The notes under the pieces: generated by a model | Told to the model about the DNA's origin: nothing | Database searches by the model: none | The model's input: the letters and a program-made list of their open reading frames with translations, nothing else | Program-made: the position numbers and the translations under genes | Shown here: piece after piece, positions 46,982 through 63,257 of the stretch | How positions within the stretch are numbered: position 1 is the first letter of the stretch | How the letters are laid out: each line of letters opens with the position of its first letter | NCBI RefSeq assembly: GCF_009914755.1 | Contig: NC_060941.1 | Reading direction: 5' to 3' (one strand) | From: the human T2T-CHM13v2.0 reference genome, Homo sapiens | Length of the DNA: 64,000 nt

Positions 46982-47457
46982 TTAGAGTGACACTGTTTGG
47001 AAAATAAAAAGTAATTATTCTCTGTGTTGAAAAGGGTTGGGGAAGCAGGTACCCACCTACTCTGGTGGTGGGAGGGTAACCTGGTGCCACTTTTATGAAG
47101 GGTAATTTGGCATTGTGTATCAAAAGGTATCCATGACCCCATCAGTTCAATTCTAGGAATTTAGCCAAAGGAAATAGCAATGTGTGCCAAAATTTAGCTA
47201 CAGAGATGAATATTGCAGCATTGCTTATAATAACAAAAGAGAAACACAACCTACGTGTCTTTGAGTACAGCTTGAGTTACTCAGCAATGGGTTAGCCATA
47301 TAATGATGTGGGGAGAATATCTAAATGGAAAGATAAAATATAGTGCCGGGTGACAAAAACAAGTGACACAACACATTACACCTGAAGAATTAGCCATATC
47401 GGTGGAAAGACTGCTGTACAGGAGCATTTCGCTTAGTTTCTTTCTGTTTGTAGATTT

Positions 47458-47640
47458 CAGTGGTTCTCAATCAGGGGCTATTGTATGTCTGGAGATATTT
47501 TGGGTTGGGGAGGGTGTCGCTGGCATCTAGTGGGTAGAGGCCAGGGATGCAGCCAAGTATCTTGTGTTACGCAGGACAGCTCACGCAACAGAGAAGTACC
47601 TGGCCCCAAATGGTGATGGTGCCAAGGGTGAGAACTCCCG
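47458..47640. mobile_element. MER20
   Basis: CAGTGGTTCTCAA...TGGCATCTAGTGGGTAGAGGCCAGGGATGC...GTGAGAA. Confidence 0.85.
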
Positions 47641-47781
47641 TTATACAGAATAAAACCCACACATTCTCTCCAAAAGCATTAAGGAGAGCTGGGGCAGCAC
47701 CGGGAGACAAACCCGGCTCTTTTATTAGTTATGCACCATGCTGAACTGAATGCAGCTGACGGTTTAGAAAGCTGTTTCCTC

Positions 47782-48133
<352 letters not shown>

Positions 48134-48269
48134 TTAAAAAAGGACTGAGCTTTTATGTGCCTGGTCATTTTTCCATGGTAAAACTTAGCACAACCTAAAG
48201 TGAAATGTACCCCAAATTCCAATTTGTACTATACATTAGTATATTCTGAATTAATGTGATTCAACTCAT

Positions 48270-48610
48270 TATAAACTTTTTATTTTGAAAAATGTTGAGA
48301 AGTAGGGAGAAAAGCATGGGGGACAGTTACATTCTCATCACCCAGACTTAGGAATTCACATTTTGCGGTATTTGTTTCAACTACCTTTTCTGTTAAAATA
48401 TTTGTAAAGAAGTTTAGACGTTATGACATTTCAGCCCTAAATATTTTGGAATACACCTCCAAAAACTGAGAACATCTCAATGTCATTATTATACCTCACA
48501 AAATTAACAATGCATTTCTTAATATCATTTGATACATAGTCCATATTCAGCACTTCTTGGTTCTCCCCCAAATGTCTCCTCACAGCTGTTTTGCTCGCTG
48601 GTTTAATTAT
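48270..48610 (-). mobile_element. L1MC-like 3' fragment
   Basis: AACTTTTTATTTTGAAA, CCCTAAATATTT and AAAATTAACAATGCATTTCTTAATATCAT motifs. Confidence 0.6.
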
Positions 48611-48624
48611 TAAAACATTATGCA

Positions 48625-48930
48625 GCTGGGCACGGTGGCTCACGCCTGTAATCCCAGCACTTTGGGAGGCTGAGGCAGGTGGATCACCTGAGGTCGGGAG
48701 TTTGAGACCAGCCTGACCAACATGGAGAAACCCCGTCTCTAGTAAAAATACAAAATTAGCTGGGCATGGTGGCGCATGCCTGTAACCCCAGCTACTTGGG
48801 AGGCTGAGGCAGGAGAATCACTTGAACCTGGAGGTAGAGGTTGCAGTGATCCAAGATGGTGCCATTGTACTCCAGCCTGGGCGACAAGAGTGAAACTCCG
48901 ACTAAAAAAAAAAAAAAAAAAAAAAAACAA
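48625..48930 (+). mobile_element. Alu (Sp-like), first of a tandem pair
   Basis: Full dimer; TSD AAAACATTATGCA. Confidence 0.95.
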
Positions 48931-48939
48931 AAAACATTA

Positions 48940-49378
<439 letters not shown>

Positions 49379-49494
49379 CTACCCTTAAAGAAGAGGCACT
49401 GCCACGTCCAGTCCTGTGGCTTCGTGGAGTGAGTGGTGGGGTCAGAGGGTGTGGAAACGGAAAGACATTCAGCAGTTATTTCAGGTGTTTAAAC

Positions 49495-49689
49495 CGTGGG
49501 ATTCTCAGTCTCAGCACTGTCGACCTGGGGGCTGGAGATCTCTTTGAGGTGGCAGCTGCCCTGTGCACTGTAGGATGTGAAGCAGCATCCCTGGCCTCTT
49601 CCTACGGGATGCCAGCACCTACCCTCTGGCCAGTTGTGATAATTAAGTGTCCCTTGGGGGACAGAGGAGCCTCTGGCTAAGAACCACTG
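49495..49689. mobile_element. MER20, opposite orientation to the 47458 copy
   Basis: TTCTCAGTCTCAGCACTGTCGAC...GCAGCATCCCTGGCCTCT...AGAACCACTG. Confidence 0.8.
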
Positions 49690-51859
49690 GATCAGACCCA
49701 GATTTTCTGACATCAGCCCAGGTTGCTAGAACTCTGGTCCAGGAAAGAAAGCCAGAGCCCAAGCCAAGGGGCCGTGGGACTCTTCTAGTGGGGGGACCTG
49801 CTCATTGCCCCTCCGCCTTGAGATCAGACATCCTGTGTGTATTAGGTCAAACCGTGCGGAATTGCTGCTGTATGTGACCATTTCAGACCCACAAAAATGG
49901 CAATTTCCTAGAGTTCAGCTTAACATTTACTTCCCCTTGGCCAGGAGAACCTGCTTCTGAGCAGCCTGCACAAGTCAGTTTCCCCTCTCTTCTTTCTCAC
50001 TCTCTGCTGTCTGTCTCCCTCTCTCTCTCCTACACCCCCTACCCCCACCTTCCTCATTCCCTCATTTTCCCTGGCCTCTTCCCCACCCCCTCGTCCTTTT
50101 CCCCTCTTTCTCCTTTTCGGGACCTGCACAAAGGGCTGGGGCAGAGGTCAGGCTGGGGGTGAACAGGGCCAGGCGAGCTCTACCGCCCCCCCACCCCTCC
50201 ACCCCTCCACCCTGGGCCTCCATCACCCCAAGGAGCACAGAGAAGCCATTTGCATGGTGAGTTTCAGGAGCCCCATTGTTCCCCTGTCTCTGGGCCTTTG
50301 CAGGTGGAGCTGCCACCAGCCTCGAGGAGGATAAAGGGATGAGCTGGGAGGCCAGAGGAGCAAGTGGGGGCGGAATATTTAGCCCTTCTTGGGAGCTCTT
50401 CCCACTGGGGGATCAAGGAGCATGGCTGATGGGAACGGGACAAGTGACAGGTGTCAGGGAGAGAGAGGATGGGAGTCCTTGGACCCACCTCCATGTCACA
50501 CAGCTGTCACAGCGACCTTGCTGGCAGAGGCTGGCAGGGGTGGGGCAGTGCAGGCTGTGGAGCTAGGCTGAGGCAGGGGTGGATGCAGAGAACCCCCAGG
50601 TGGCCCAGGCTCAGAGCTCGGCCTGAAACCCCTTGCAGATTCCTGTACAGGTCCTGGGCTGTGGTGGGAGGGGACTTGTAGCAACTGGGTCACACCTGGC
50701 CTGAGGCCCTCAGCGTACAGACTCTCCTGCCCCTATTGCAGCGGGCTCGCCTGGGAGAATCTTCACAGCCACTGAACTGGGGTGAGGAAAGCCCCCCTCC
50801 AGCCCCAGAGCAGGACCCACAGTGGTCCCTCTAATTACTTAAATACCCTGCCAGATCTAAAACTGCTCCAGACTTAAAGAAATAATAACAACCATCACTG
50901 CAATCCTTTACTGGAGATCATGGGTTTTGAGTATTTCACCCCACTCTAGCTAAAGCATTCTGCAAGCCATCTGTTAGTCCTGGAGCCAGTCTTCTCGGTG
51001 AAATGAAGGAGCTGGGCTAAAGGATACATTTGGCCCCTTCTCAGCTCAAAATCGCTGGGGCCTGGGAAGGCCTGCTTTGGAGGCCACTTTGGCCACCAGA
51101 CCCCATCTGCTGTCCTCCCCTGTGCTGCCAGCAGCTGGGCAGGGCCTGGGGTGCAGAGCCAGCCTCGTGTTCTGGGGCACAGCACCCGGGCAATGGGGGG
51201 CTGCCTGGGAGGTTCTTTCAGGGCTGTGTTGAAGAAATTGTGGGGAATTTGCACCAAGGAGGGTGCTCAACCCTAGGGTAGGAAAGAAAAGAGGAGAATG
51301 GATTGGTGGGGACATTGTTTAGGCAGTCGCCAGGCAGCCTTGCTCTTGTGGACATAGACCCTCAGAGTTGGAAGGAGCAGCACAGTGGTGGTGTGGCAGG
51401 GAGGCTACCAGCTGCCGCCTCCTGTGGCTGTCGTGATTATGCTCAGACTGTCCCCAGCCCCACCTCCTGCTGAGCAGGATTTTCCTCTCGGCAGCTCTCT
51501 CCCTCTGCTCCTAAAGCTGTTTGTGCGGCCACACAATGCAAGTCTCCTGCCTCTGCCCTGGGGCATGGTTCATGGACCTTGTCTTTGCCATCCAGGGCAG
51601 GGCTTCAGGCTTCAGTAAGGGCAGTAGATTGGTGTCTAGGAGGGAGGCGGCCAGTGGGGCATTGCCCCTCCCCATTCCCCCCTCCAGAGAGGTCAGTGCC
51701 TTCCTAGAGAAGAGTGTGACGAGTGTCATTTGCACAGTTTTGTGGTCTCTGCTTGAGTACAGTGTATTGTGGGATTAAGGAAAGGAGAAAGCCTTCTATT
51801 TGTAGAGATCAGGAATGAAGCAGAGATCTGAAATTATTTGCACAGAGAGGCATGTGAAA

Positions 51860-52091
51860 CTTGGTGGTGTTGGAGCCGGCTCACACCTGTTCACACCTGC
51901 TCCCACTGGCTCACGAGGGCCGACTGTGCATCTCTTCCCAATTCTGCATTCAGGGTGTCCTGCTGGGAGTTTGAAATTGGCCATGGTGGGAATATTTACA
52001 CTTCGGAAGTTGACAAATGGTAAAATCAAAGCATTTTTTTTTTTTAGTTCCCCAGAGAGCCAGTTGTCAGACATTCCTCAGCACAGCATTG
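51860..52091. mobile_element. MER63A (hAT-Blackjack)
   Basis: GCATCTCTTCCCAA...TTGAAATTGGCCATGGTGGGAATATTTACAC...GAGAGCCAGTTGT. Confidence 0.8.
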
Positions 52092-52129
52092 TCCAAAAGG
52101 CATCCTGAGAGTGAAATTCAGGCTCTCAA

Positions 52130-52270
52130 TACCAGAAGGAACCTAGAGATAGGTCATCCGATCGGGCCTGCACATCTGACAGATGGGGAGACTGAGGCCC
52201 AGAGGAGGACAGTGGCTTGTCTTAGGTCATGCAGTGAGTCAATGGCAGAACCGGTATTTCCACTTTACCA
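52130..52270 (-). mobile_element. MIR fragment
   Basis: ACAGATGGGGAGACTGAGGCCCAGAG...AGGTCA. Confidence 0.7.
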
Positions 52271-52367
52271 CGGTCCTTCAAGTAGACCATCCTTTCAAGC
52301 AGGAAGCTATGGAGTGACACAGAGGCTTAGCAAAGCTTCCTCTTCCTGAAGAGGGATTAGAAATTCA

Positions 52368-52795
<428 letters not shown>

Positions 52796-53074
52796 CTAGT
52801 CTCCTGGACCAGCCTTCCTTCTGTCCTACGAGGCCACCTCCTTCAGCCCAAGGATTAGGAAGTTGCACTTCAGCATCTAAAAATCTTCCCATGGTCCAAG
52901 ATACCTTCACAGTAGCTTCTATCTTCACCAGAGAAGCCTCCAAGAAGGTGGTGACCTTTTGGGATTGTCCTGGACTTACCCTTCCCTCTTCTTCTTTGAG
53001 GCTAGTTGATGGCTGTGGGTGGGATGCCAGCCATCCACCCAGGTTATCGGAGCCCTGCTGTCTTTGGCTTTAAT

Positions 53075-53480
53075 TCTCCCCAGAACCTCAGGGGGCCCGA
53101 GACAGGGATTCTTGTGTGGGTGATTTATTGAGGGGGTGCTTTCAGGAGAAACCAGTAAGGGCATGAGGGAAGCACGAGAGTGCAGGGGAAGAAACTGGGA
53201 AAACACAAGGCTGCAGTGGAAGTCTAGCCTCAGCCTGATCACGCGGGAGCTTGGGAATCATATCCAAGAAGTTGTCATATTTACAGGCAAAAGGGCTGGG
53301 CAGTGATACCTGCCCAAGTCAGTCAGCCATTGGCTATGTTACATGGGCAAGGGCACCTATAACCTCCCGGATGTCTCCAGGGAAAGCAGTGTCCATCCGT
53401 CAAGGGCAAACATTCAGAGAAGGGTGCAAGTGTGAGCTGCGTGCAGCTGGGTGCACAGGTCCAGTCAAGGGGCTCTGGGC
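53075..53480. mobile_element. LTR16-like (ERVL) solo LTR relic
   Basis: GAGACAGGGATTC...TGATTTATTGAGGGGGTGCT...CAGCCTGATC...CAGTCAGCCATTGGCT. Confidence 0.6.
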
Positions 53481-53710
53481 GGGGCTCCAGCCACCTCTGC
53501 TATACTTGGTAGGTGATTTGGTGGGAAAGGAAGTTTTACTGGAATCTGGGGACCATCTGTGGGTTTCTGTTTTGTCCACTCTCCAAGAGCCCTACACTGT
53601 AGAAAATCCTGGTGGTTATTCTCTGAGGTCCCATGTCCTCCCTCCTGTGTCCAGCTGGTCTCAGTAATGACAGTCTTACTGATATCTCTCACATCTCTTC
53701 TCTAGAAGAC

Positions 53711-54002
53711 CAGAGACCAAGGGGAACTGGAGCGAGAGAATCACAGCCCAGGAGTTCAGGCTCAGCTGTGGATCCTACAGATCCCTAAGTACTGTATCTG
53801 ACCTTTTGCTGGGAAGATCACATGTAGACCTCCCAGAGAGACTTCCAAAACAGTTCTGACAGACAAAGGACTAACCGCTTTCACCTACGAGGGAGGCCAT
53901 ATGTGTGGGAGGCACCATTGAGCTCCATTCCTGGTACCCACTACCAGCTCCTGTTAGAAGCTGGGGAACAGTGACTTGGGCCCCTTGGGACAAGATAACA
54001 GG
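53711..54002 (+). repeat. Left arm of a ~290-bp inverted repeat
   Basis: Aligns by eye at roughly 80-85% to the reverse complement of 56478-56773. Confidence 0.93.
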
Positions 54003-54036
54003 CATACCACCACGGCTGCACCCACTATTGTCCTAA

Positions 54037-54800
<764 letters not shown>

Positions 54801-55684
54801 TAGATCTTCTTTGATCACTCTGCTGACTTCAGGGACATCTGCGGCCACCTGTCATCATGATGTTGCCATTTTGGCATCAGGAAGTGGTGGTGAGCTTTGA
54901 GGAGCTTTGTGTGTGTTTGTAGGAAGTAGTTTAGCCCAGTCTTAGCCCCAGGGTGTGCATTCTGCCCAACAGCTGCCTAGATTTGGGTTGTAGGCAAGCT
55001 AAGCAAAGGCAACATTGGGTTCCAAGGCATGACCTCATTGGCATTGGCTTAACCAGCCAAGCTAACCGGCTAGCCAACCAGCCGGGTGGACGTTACAGGA
55101 CTACAAGCATCCTTCTTTCATGACCTTCCCAGGGAGCCCTGCTCAGCTCAGCTGAATCACCCTTCAGTGCTGACAGCAGTTCTAGTCTGTGTCCACTGTT
55201 GGCTCTCGCTGGAGAAGCCTATAGAGAGCCAACTGGTTCCCTATTGGGACAGCTTTGTTTTCCCTGCTGAACACAAAATCCCCTGTTCACTGGGAGAGCT
55301 GACAAGGAGACCCCATGGGGCTGGCCCGGTGGGAGCAGATACCAATGAATGCAGCGCCCGAATGGCTTCAGCTTATTAAAGGCGAATACACAGGATAACT
55401 CTGCCCGCCGAGTGGGAGATAGAATGGAGGGCACAGAGCTGTTACAGCGGATTAGCAGCCGCAGACGGATGGAGGCAGGTGCAGCCTTTTCTGCAATTTG
55501 GAAGGGTTTATGAAATACTGATCCTGTGCTCTATAAATCCTTCCCTTGACCTCATCTGGGCTACAGGCTGAAAGTGGGGGATTTCTTGTTCAGCCAGGCT
55601 TGATAGTAGCTTTTAGTATTTTCCCTGCTCCCTGCCAACTCCTAGAATTCCCTGGGAATTTTGATAAGAGGATTTATGCATGTG

Positions 55685-55850
55685 TCCATTTATTCATTTT
55701 CTCTTCATTCATTCATCACTGACACATTTACCAAGAGCCTGGGCTAGGTGCTGGGGTTACAGAGCTGAGTAGAACATGGAGTTTTATCCTCAAGGGACTG
55801 GTGTACTGTGTGAGAAAGACACAGAAATAGAATATTCTAATTCAGATTGT
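55685..55850 (-). mobile_element. L2 3'-end fragment
   Basis: (TTCA)n followed by CTAGGTGCTGGGGTTACAGAG. Confidence 0.65.
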
Positions 55851-56477
55851 TAATTGTTAACTAAATCCACACGTCAGCAGATACCAACATAACCTTTGGT
55901 GGGCCTGAGCCAGTGGCAGGCGTCACTAAGAGACTGCTAAGTCTTCTGCAGCCCAAGTGAATGAAGCCTCAAGTCCAACAAGGTGTCTTGTTGCCTCTCT
56001 GGATGGGCTGCTGTTTTTTTTAATGGCACAGATGGCAGATAATAGAGGACGATACTTAGAACTAGTGGCATAGCTGGAAACTTGAGTTCCTCTAGCAAAA
56101 ACTCTAGAAAGTTCATCTTATGAGGCAGAATTTGCATCTTGAAGAAGGCGTAGGAGGCTGCTGGCAGGTGTTTCTCTGGCTCGAATGCAGATTTGGTCTC
56201 TATGTCTTTTCCTCCTAGAGATGGGAACTCCCTGGGTCAGACACCCCTCATCCAGGGAGGTAGCTCATTTTAGCAGGCAGAAATCTCTGTGCTCTCCTCC
56301 TGGGCTTACAGAGCTCATCTCTGCTGTAAGAGTTCTGAACTTACTGTGTGGCTCAAGGTTTTGGTGAGCATATTACCATGAGGAAGAGCATGGAGTGGGT
56401 GATTTGGACCTCAGGGCTACCATAAGGCCTGATTTCCAAGGGAAGAGGAACATGAGACCAGAGGGCTCTGAATTAAC

Positions 56478-56773
56478 CCTGTTAACTTGTCCCAAGGGGA
56501 CTCAGGCGACTGTTCCCCAGCTCTAGCAGGAGCTGGTGCATGTTGGCTTCCAGGAATAGAGCTCAATGGTGCCTCTCACACATATGGCCTCCCTTGTAGG
56601 AGAAAGCTGGTTAGTCCTTTGTCCACCAGAATTGTTTTGGAAGTCTCTTGGGAGGCCTATAGGTAAACTTCCTAGCAACGGATCAGATGCACTACTTGGG
56701 GATCTGTGGGATCCACAGCCATGCCTGAGCTCCTGGGCTGTGATTCTCTCACGCCAGTTCCCATTGGTCTGTG
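56478..56773 (-). repeat. Right arm of a ~290-bp inverted repeat
   Basis: For example GAGAGAATCACAGCCCAGGAG, AGAGACTTCCAAAACA and GGGAGGCCATATGTGTG occur in the left arm and as reverse complements here. Confidence 0.93.
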
Positions 56774-56907
56774 GATGACAGGGAGTCAGGGAAACAGACT
56801 CAGAGGATGCCCTCTAAAACTGGGAAGCAAATATGGAGCAGCAGTTAGAAATCCCGTGTCTGGGGAGTTCTTGGAGGGAGAAGAGATGGTTAAGAAATAA
56901 AAGACCG

Positions 56908-57332
<425 letters not shown>

Positions 57333-57815
57333 CTATCCACTGGCCTCTTGATGCCCTTCAGCCTCTAGGTTCCACACCCTACAGTGGGCTCTTTGTGAGG
57401 GCAGCTGCGTCTCTGGCTGTGTTTCTGCTAGCACCTTCCACACAGGGTCATTTGAGTCTGTGGGTACCTGGAGTGTATTGAGAATTCATTACTTTCCTAA
57501 AGCAAACCCGATACCTTTATTCTCCATGTGAGAAGGTAGCAGAATTTGGTCTTGCCGGTGGGGGGACTTCAGTATCTACCATGGTGTGACATTGTTGTGG
57601 GTTGAGTGGTTCCCCATAAATAGGGTTCCCAGAAACCTGAGACACATTATTCATTGAAATGCCACAAAACTGTAAAAAAAAATTTGGAGTGGAAATCTCT
57701 TCCAAATGTATCACCAACTTTTTTGCCTTATTAAGCAATGCACAACAAACATAATTTTACTTTTCAGGATGATTCAGCCACGGCACAAGGAATCGTGCTG
57801 TCTGAACAGTCATAG

Positions 57816-58221
<406 letters not shown>

Positions 58222-58518
58222 TGGTTTCATAATTTTCTGCCTCTTCTTTGCCCTCTGTTTGCCAGCTGTTCCCTCCTCCTGCCAATGTGTCGATTCCTTT
58301 GTGATAGTAGTTTGACTGTTTGAACCTCTTACTGCCTAGTTCTCACCTGTATTCCAGAGAATGAAGATAAACAGATAAGTGGCTCCAGTTTACAACACTT
58401 GGAGGTTTCTATCATACCTTCCAAAGAATCTGAAGCACTTTCAGGCTCAACATAGATGTCTGTAAAGTAGGGAGGAAATGGCTGGTCTCTTCAATTCTCA
58501 TATCAAGAACTGAGGACT

Positions 58519-58860
<342 letters not shown>

Positions 58861-59177
58861 CTAGGAAGAGGAAGCAGCATAATGGGGTTTCTAAAAACCA
58901 TGCCCTCTAAGTTTGAAGGAACCAGGAAGCCTTGGAAGGGGAGGGGCTCCTTCTTCAAAAGTTTTGAAGGCTGTTCTGAGGGTGAAACAGATGGAAGGCT
59001 TGTGCTGGGCTGTGCCAGAAAGTGGAGATAAGGCCATCTGTGGGGTGACAGAAGTCAGGTGAGGCTCAGCTGATGGCAGTCCTGTCCAGTCCTAGGATCG
59101 GTGATGAGGGAGATTCAGGGAGATTAAGAGAATGGGAATGGCAACAGGAGTGCAAGGATAGACAACCCTTAGTAACC

Positions 59178-59280
59178 GTTCCTTCCTTCCTTCCCTCCTT
59201 CCTTCCTTCCTTCCTTCCTTCCTTTTCTTTCTCTTCTCTTCCTCTCTTTCTCTCTCTCTCTCTCTCCTTCTCTCTCTCTT

Positions 59281-59319
<39 letters not shown>

Positions 59320-59320
59320 C
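59178..59320. repeat. (TTCC)n/(CT)n polypyrimidine tract (expanded Alu tail)
   Basis: ~140 nt of almost pure pyrimidine. Confidence 0.95.
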
Positions 59321-59588
59321 TGACAGAGTCTCTGTTGCCCAGGCTGGAGTGCAGTGGCGCCATGTCAGCTCACTGCAGCCTCCACCTCCTGGGTTCAAGT
59401 GATTCTTCTGCCTCAGCCTTCTGAGTAGCTGGGACTACAGGCGCCCACCACCACACCCTGCTAAGTTTTGTATTTTTTAGTAGAGACAGGGTTTCGCCAC
59501 ACTGGCCAGGCTTGTCTCGAACTCCTGGCCTCATGTGATCTGCCTGCCTCGGCCTCCCAAAGTGTTGGGATTACAGGCGTGAGCCAAG
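59321..59588 (-). mobile_element. Alu (S-type)
   Basis: Reverse dimer. Confidence 0.93.
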
Positions 59589-60351
59589 CAACCCTTTCAG
59601 TTCCAAGGGGGTGGATTCTGTGGCCTGCGTCCAGTCTATCAGTCGGTGGCAAATGACAGTGAATCGGGGATAGCAAGGATGCATCAGCTTCCCCACTAAG
59701 CAACTCCCTACCCTTCACATACCAGGCAGAGACACAGCTACCCTCCCAAATAGCCACTGTAGGATGCAGAGCTTGGAAGTTGAAGGACGTCAATGAGGAA
59801 TACCTTACTGAGTTCTGGGCCCCATTAGGGTGCTGTGGTTGATTAGTGATGCCTGCCATGAGGTTGGGTAGAGTAACGGGTGGTCTGTGTGCTGCCTGTT
59901 CACTTGCTTTCCATCAGTGCCGTCAACCCTCATTTTTTTTTTTTTTTCTGAAGATATGTTGCTCATTATCAGGCCTTTCAAAATAGGAACTCCAGGTTTC
60001 ACACTTTCTTCTTTTCTTTCTCTTCTTCCCTGCCTGGGCTTTCATTACCATTAAGAGCCAGAACTTATCTGCCATTTGGATGAGGAACTTCAGAAACAGG
60101 TGCAGGAAGAGAAACTTGCTCTCTCAAGTGCAGCAACTTCTTGAATGTGGCCCACTTCCCCTGGAAGGCTGTGAACACCACTTTATCTCCTAAAGGCTTG
60201 GCTGGTGGGAGGAGGGGCAGGAAGCCTCATGGACATGAGGGCACTATTTGGGGAAGGGTATGGTGGCAAGAATAGATGGGGGTAGAGGAAGCTACACGGA
60301 GGTTCTGCCTGAGGGCTGGGAAGCCAAAAGGATGGTCCCTTGAAAAGGGGC

Positions 60352-60642
60352 AGCCAGGTGCAGTGGCTCATGCCTGTAATCCTAACACTTTGGGAGGCCA
60401 GAGCAGGAGGATCACTTGAGCCTGAGACTTCGAGACCAGCCTGGGCAACATAGTGAGACCTCATCTCTACAAAAAATAATAAATTAGCTATGTTTGGTTG
60501 TGTGCACCTGTAGTCCTAGCTACGTGGGAGGCTAAGTAGGATCATTGGAGCCCACGGGTTCGAGGCTGCAGTGAGCTGTGATTGCGCCTCTGCGCTCCAG
60601 CTGGGGTGACAAAGGGAGACCCTGTCTCAGAGAGAGAGAGAG
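60352..60642 (+). mobile_element. AluJ with (AG)n tail
   Basis: J diagnostics; TSD AAGGGGCA. Confidence 0.9.
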
Positions 60643-62084
60643 AAGGGGCAGCTCCTGCATTGCGATGGGGGGAGGTTAAGGGTCAGTACTCACTAGTCAA
60701 CAGGTTGCCATGGCTCTGTGTATGGAAAGAGACCCCTCTGTCCTGTGCTGGAGTGGAAGGCAGCTGTGTTAGGGAATGGGCCCCCACCGGCCAGTGACTT
60801 TGGATGCTGAACACTTGTACCTCTGTTTTCTCCTGTGTGTAATGGCCATGGCCGTCCTAATACCACCCGAACTGCCTCTTCCTATGTGGCTGTGCAGCTT
60901 ACTCGGGACATTGGGTGGAAAGCACTTTGGTGAGAGCTTGGCAGGTGTAGACTCATCACCATTCCGGTTGCTCCTGCCGCAGACGGGCTGAGCTCCAACT
61001 GGGGCATGCCTCTGAGGCTGAGGCAGCATCTGTAGGCTGGGAACAGGGTGACCCCTAGGTCTGGGACTGGTGGCAGAGCAGGGTCTGGGGTGACTTCGCG
61101 GTAGAAGCAATTTCCTCAGCAGAGTTGACACTGGCTGGGGAGGACTGGGACTGAGCAGCTGAGGGTCAAGAGAAAATTCTGGATGTCCAGGAGCTGGTTC
61201 AGCCAGCTGAGGTCTCCTGCCTCCAGTCAGGAGGGCTTTTTGCAGTCCCAAATGCTCTGGGCAAGAGGCTTTAATCTAATTACATGCTTTATTTGAGCCA
61301 ATTTGTTTTCCAATCCATCTTGTTCAGCAAAAAGAAAGAGCCTGCTGGGGACTCATTTGCACCCTCTTGTTCCAAGTGGAGAAGAGGGGTTGAGCTCCCA
61401 TCTCACATGGTCAGTGCAGCCCCCAACCTCTCCCAGCCCGGCCACCCCACCCCTGAGCCAGGCTGCAGACTGCCCTGCCCTCGGGGGGAGGGGGCTGGGG
61501 CGGCTCAGGTAGAAAAAGCCTGGCAGGCTTGCCCCCTCCCAGAAGTCCACCCCAGCGTGCCTCTCCGTGCCTTCCCTTTGGGGGTCCCGGTGCACTAGGC
61601 AGGAATGACACGGGATGGGCTTCCAGGCCAGGCAGCCTGGGAGGGGATTTCATCCTCAGGCGGTCACCCAGCCTCGGAACCTTCCTGGCTCCTCCTGTGA
61701 GAGCTGCCCTCAGAATCCAATGCCCCATATTTTTAAATCTGCAAATATATTTTCATCATAAGGCAGTGGATTTAGGATCTGTGTTATTAAAGTCCAAACA
61801 AAACACCAAAGCCCTTCAAACCTCCCTGGAGAGGGAAGATTTATCGGCTCCTGCTCTCCTCCCCAGGCACAGAGCCACACTCTCCAAGCTTCCCTTTTTA
61901 AGTTTTGCAGCATTTTCCAAAATTGCCTTTTTCTGCCCTTCCGATTCCTGCTTGGAGCCTTTACTTTTCGGCTGTTTACAGAGACTCGAGCCTGGTGACT
62001 TCCACCTTTGGAGTATGGGAGTGCCGGAATTGCTCGGCTGAGGGTCACTTTGTCTGCCGCACAGTGGTGGCAGCTGCGCCCATT

Positions 62085-62625
62085 TTTATTGAACTTGCTC
62101 AACAAATATTTATTGAGGGCTTGTTATGTGTCCCGGGCCCTGGGGATACAGCAGTGAAGACTTCACTTTGGGGAGGAAGAGATACAATAAACAAACCAAA
62201 CTGAAAAATGTATCACTGCACAGGGTGACAAGTGCCGTGAAGGAACCACATCTGCTACAGATGGAGTTGCTTTTCAGAACAGCCAGAGGTCAGCCATTAT
62301 TCAGTGAATCAAGGACATACTTGAGTGAGAAATATCTTTGGGTTTAAAATAATTGGATGTGCCAGTAATACAATAAAATTGCTTTTCTGCCATGGCTCCT
62401 AAACTAGAGTAAAGATAATGAGAGCCAACATTTTTTAGTGCCTGTCATGTCGGGCTTCATCTCGCTGGAACTTTAAAAGATTGTTACAAACGCTCACCCC
62501 CGCTTAATAAATGAGGAATCGGAGGTTCAGAGAAGTGCAGCAATGTGTCCAAGGACACACAGCTTTGTAAGTCACAGAGCCAGCATTTTGAGTTCCTTGG
62601 TCGCCTGTCTGCCACCCCCTCTGTC
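62085..62625 (-). mobile_element. L2 3'-end fragment (~62085-62250) and MIR (~62415-62625)
   Basis: CAACAAATATTTATTGAG...CTGGGGATACAGCAGTGAA; AATGAGGAATCGGAGGTTCAGAGA...CCAAGGACACACAGCT. Confidence 0.65.
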
Positions 62626-62957
62626 CTGCTAGATCCTTTCCACTTCCCAGCATCCTGCAGCCCTGAAGCTCATCAGTAGTCTGAGACCATTGCCACTGGA
62701 GCCGCGGATTGTATCCTGGGGTCCAGGAAGAGATGTTCTTGTCCAACTAACACCCCACACCCCATAGACAGCAGGCTGAGGCCTGCAGAAAAGCCTTCTG
62801 ATTCAGAGCTCAAGGGTCCCATTTTTCAGATATTAGCTGTACATCTGTTAAAGGTGGCATGGCCTTCTGATTTCTGGTGCCACTCAAACCCTCTCCAGCC
62901 CAACTCGTGCCCTCTTTGTTGTCAAAGAGTTTGGCAGGTTTAAAAGATGCCTAAACC

Positions 62958-63257
<300 letters not shown>

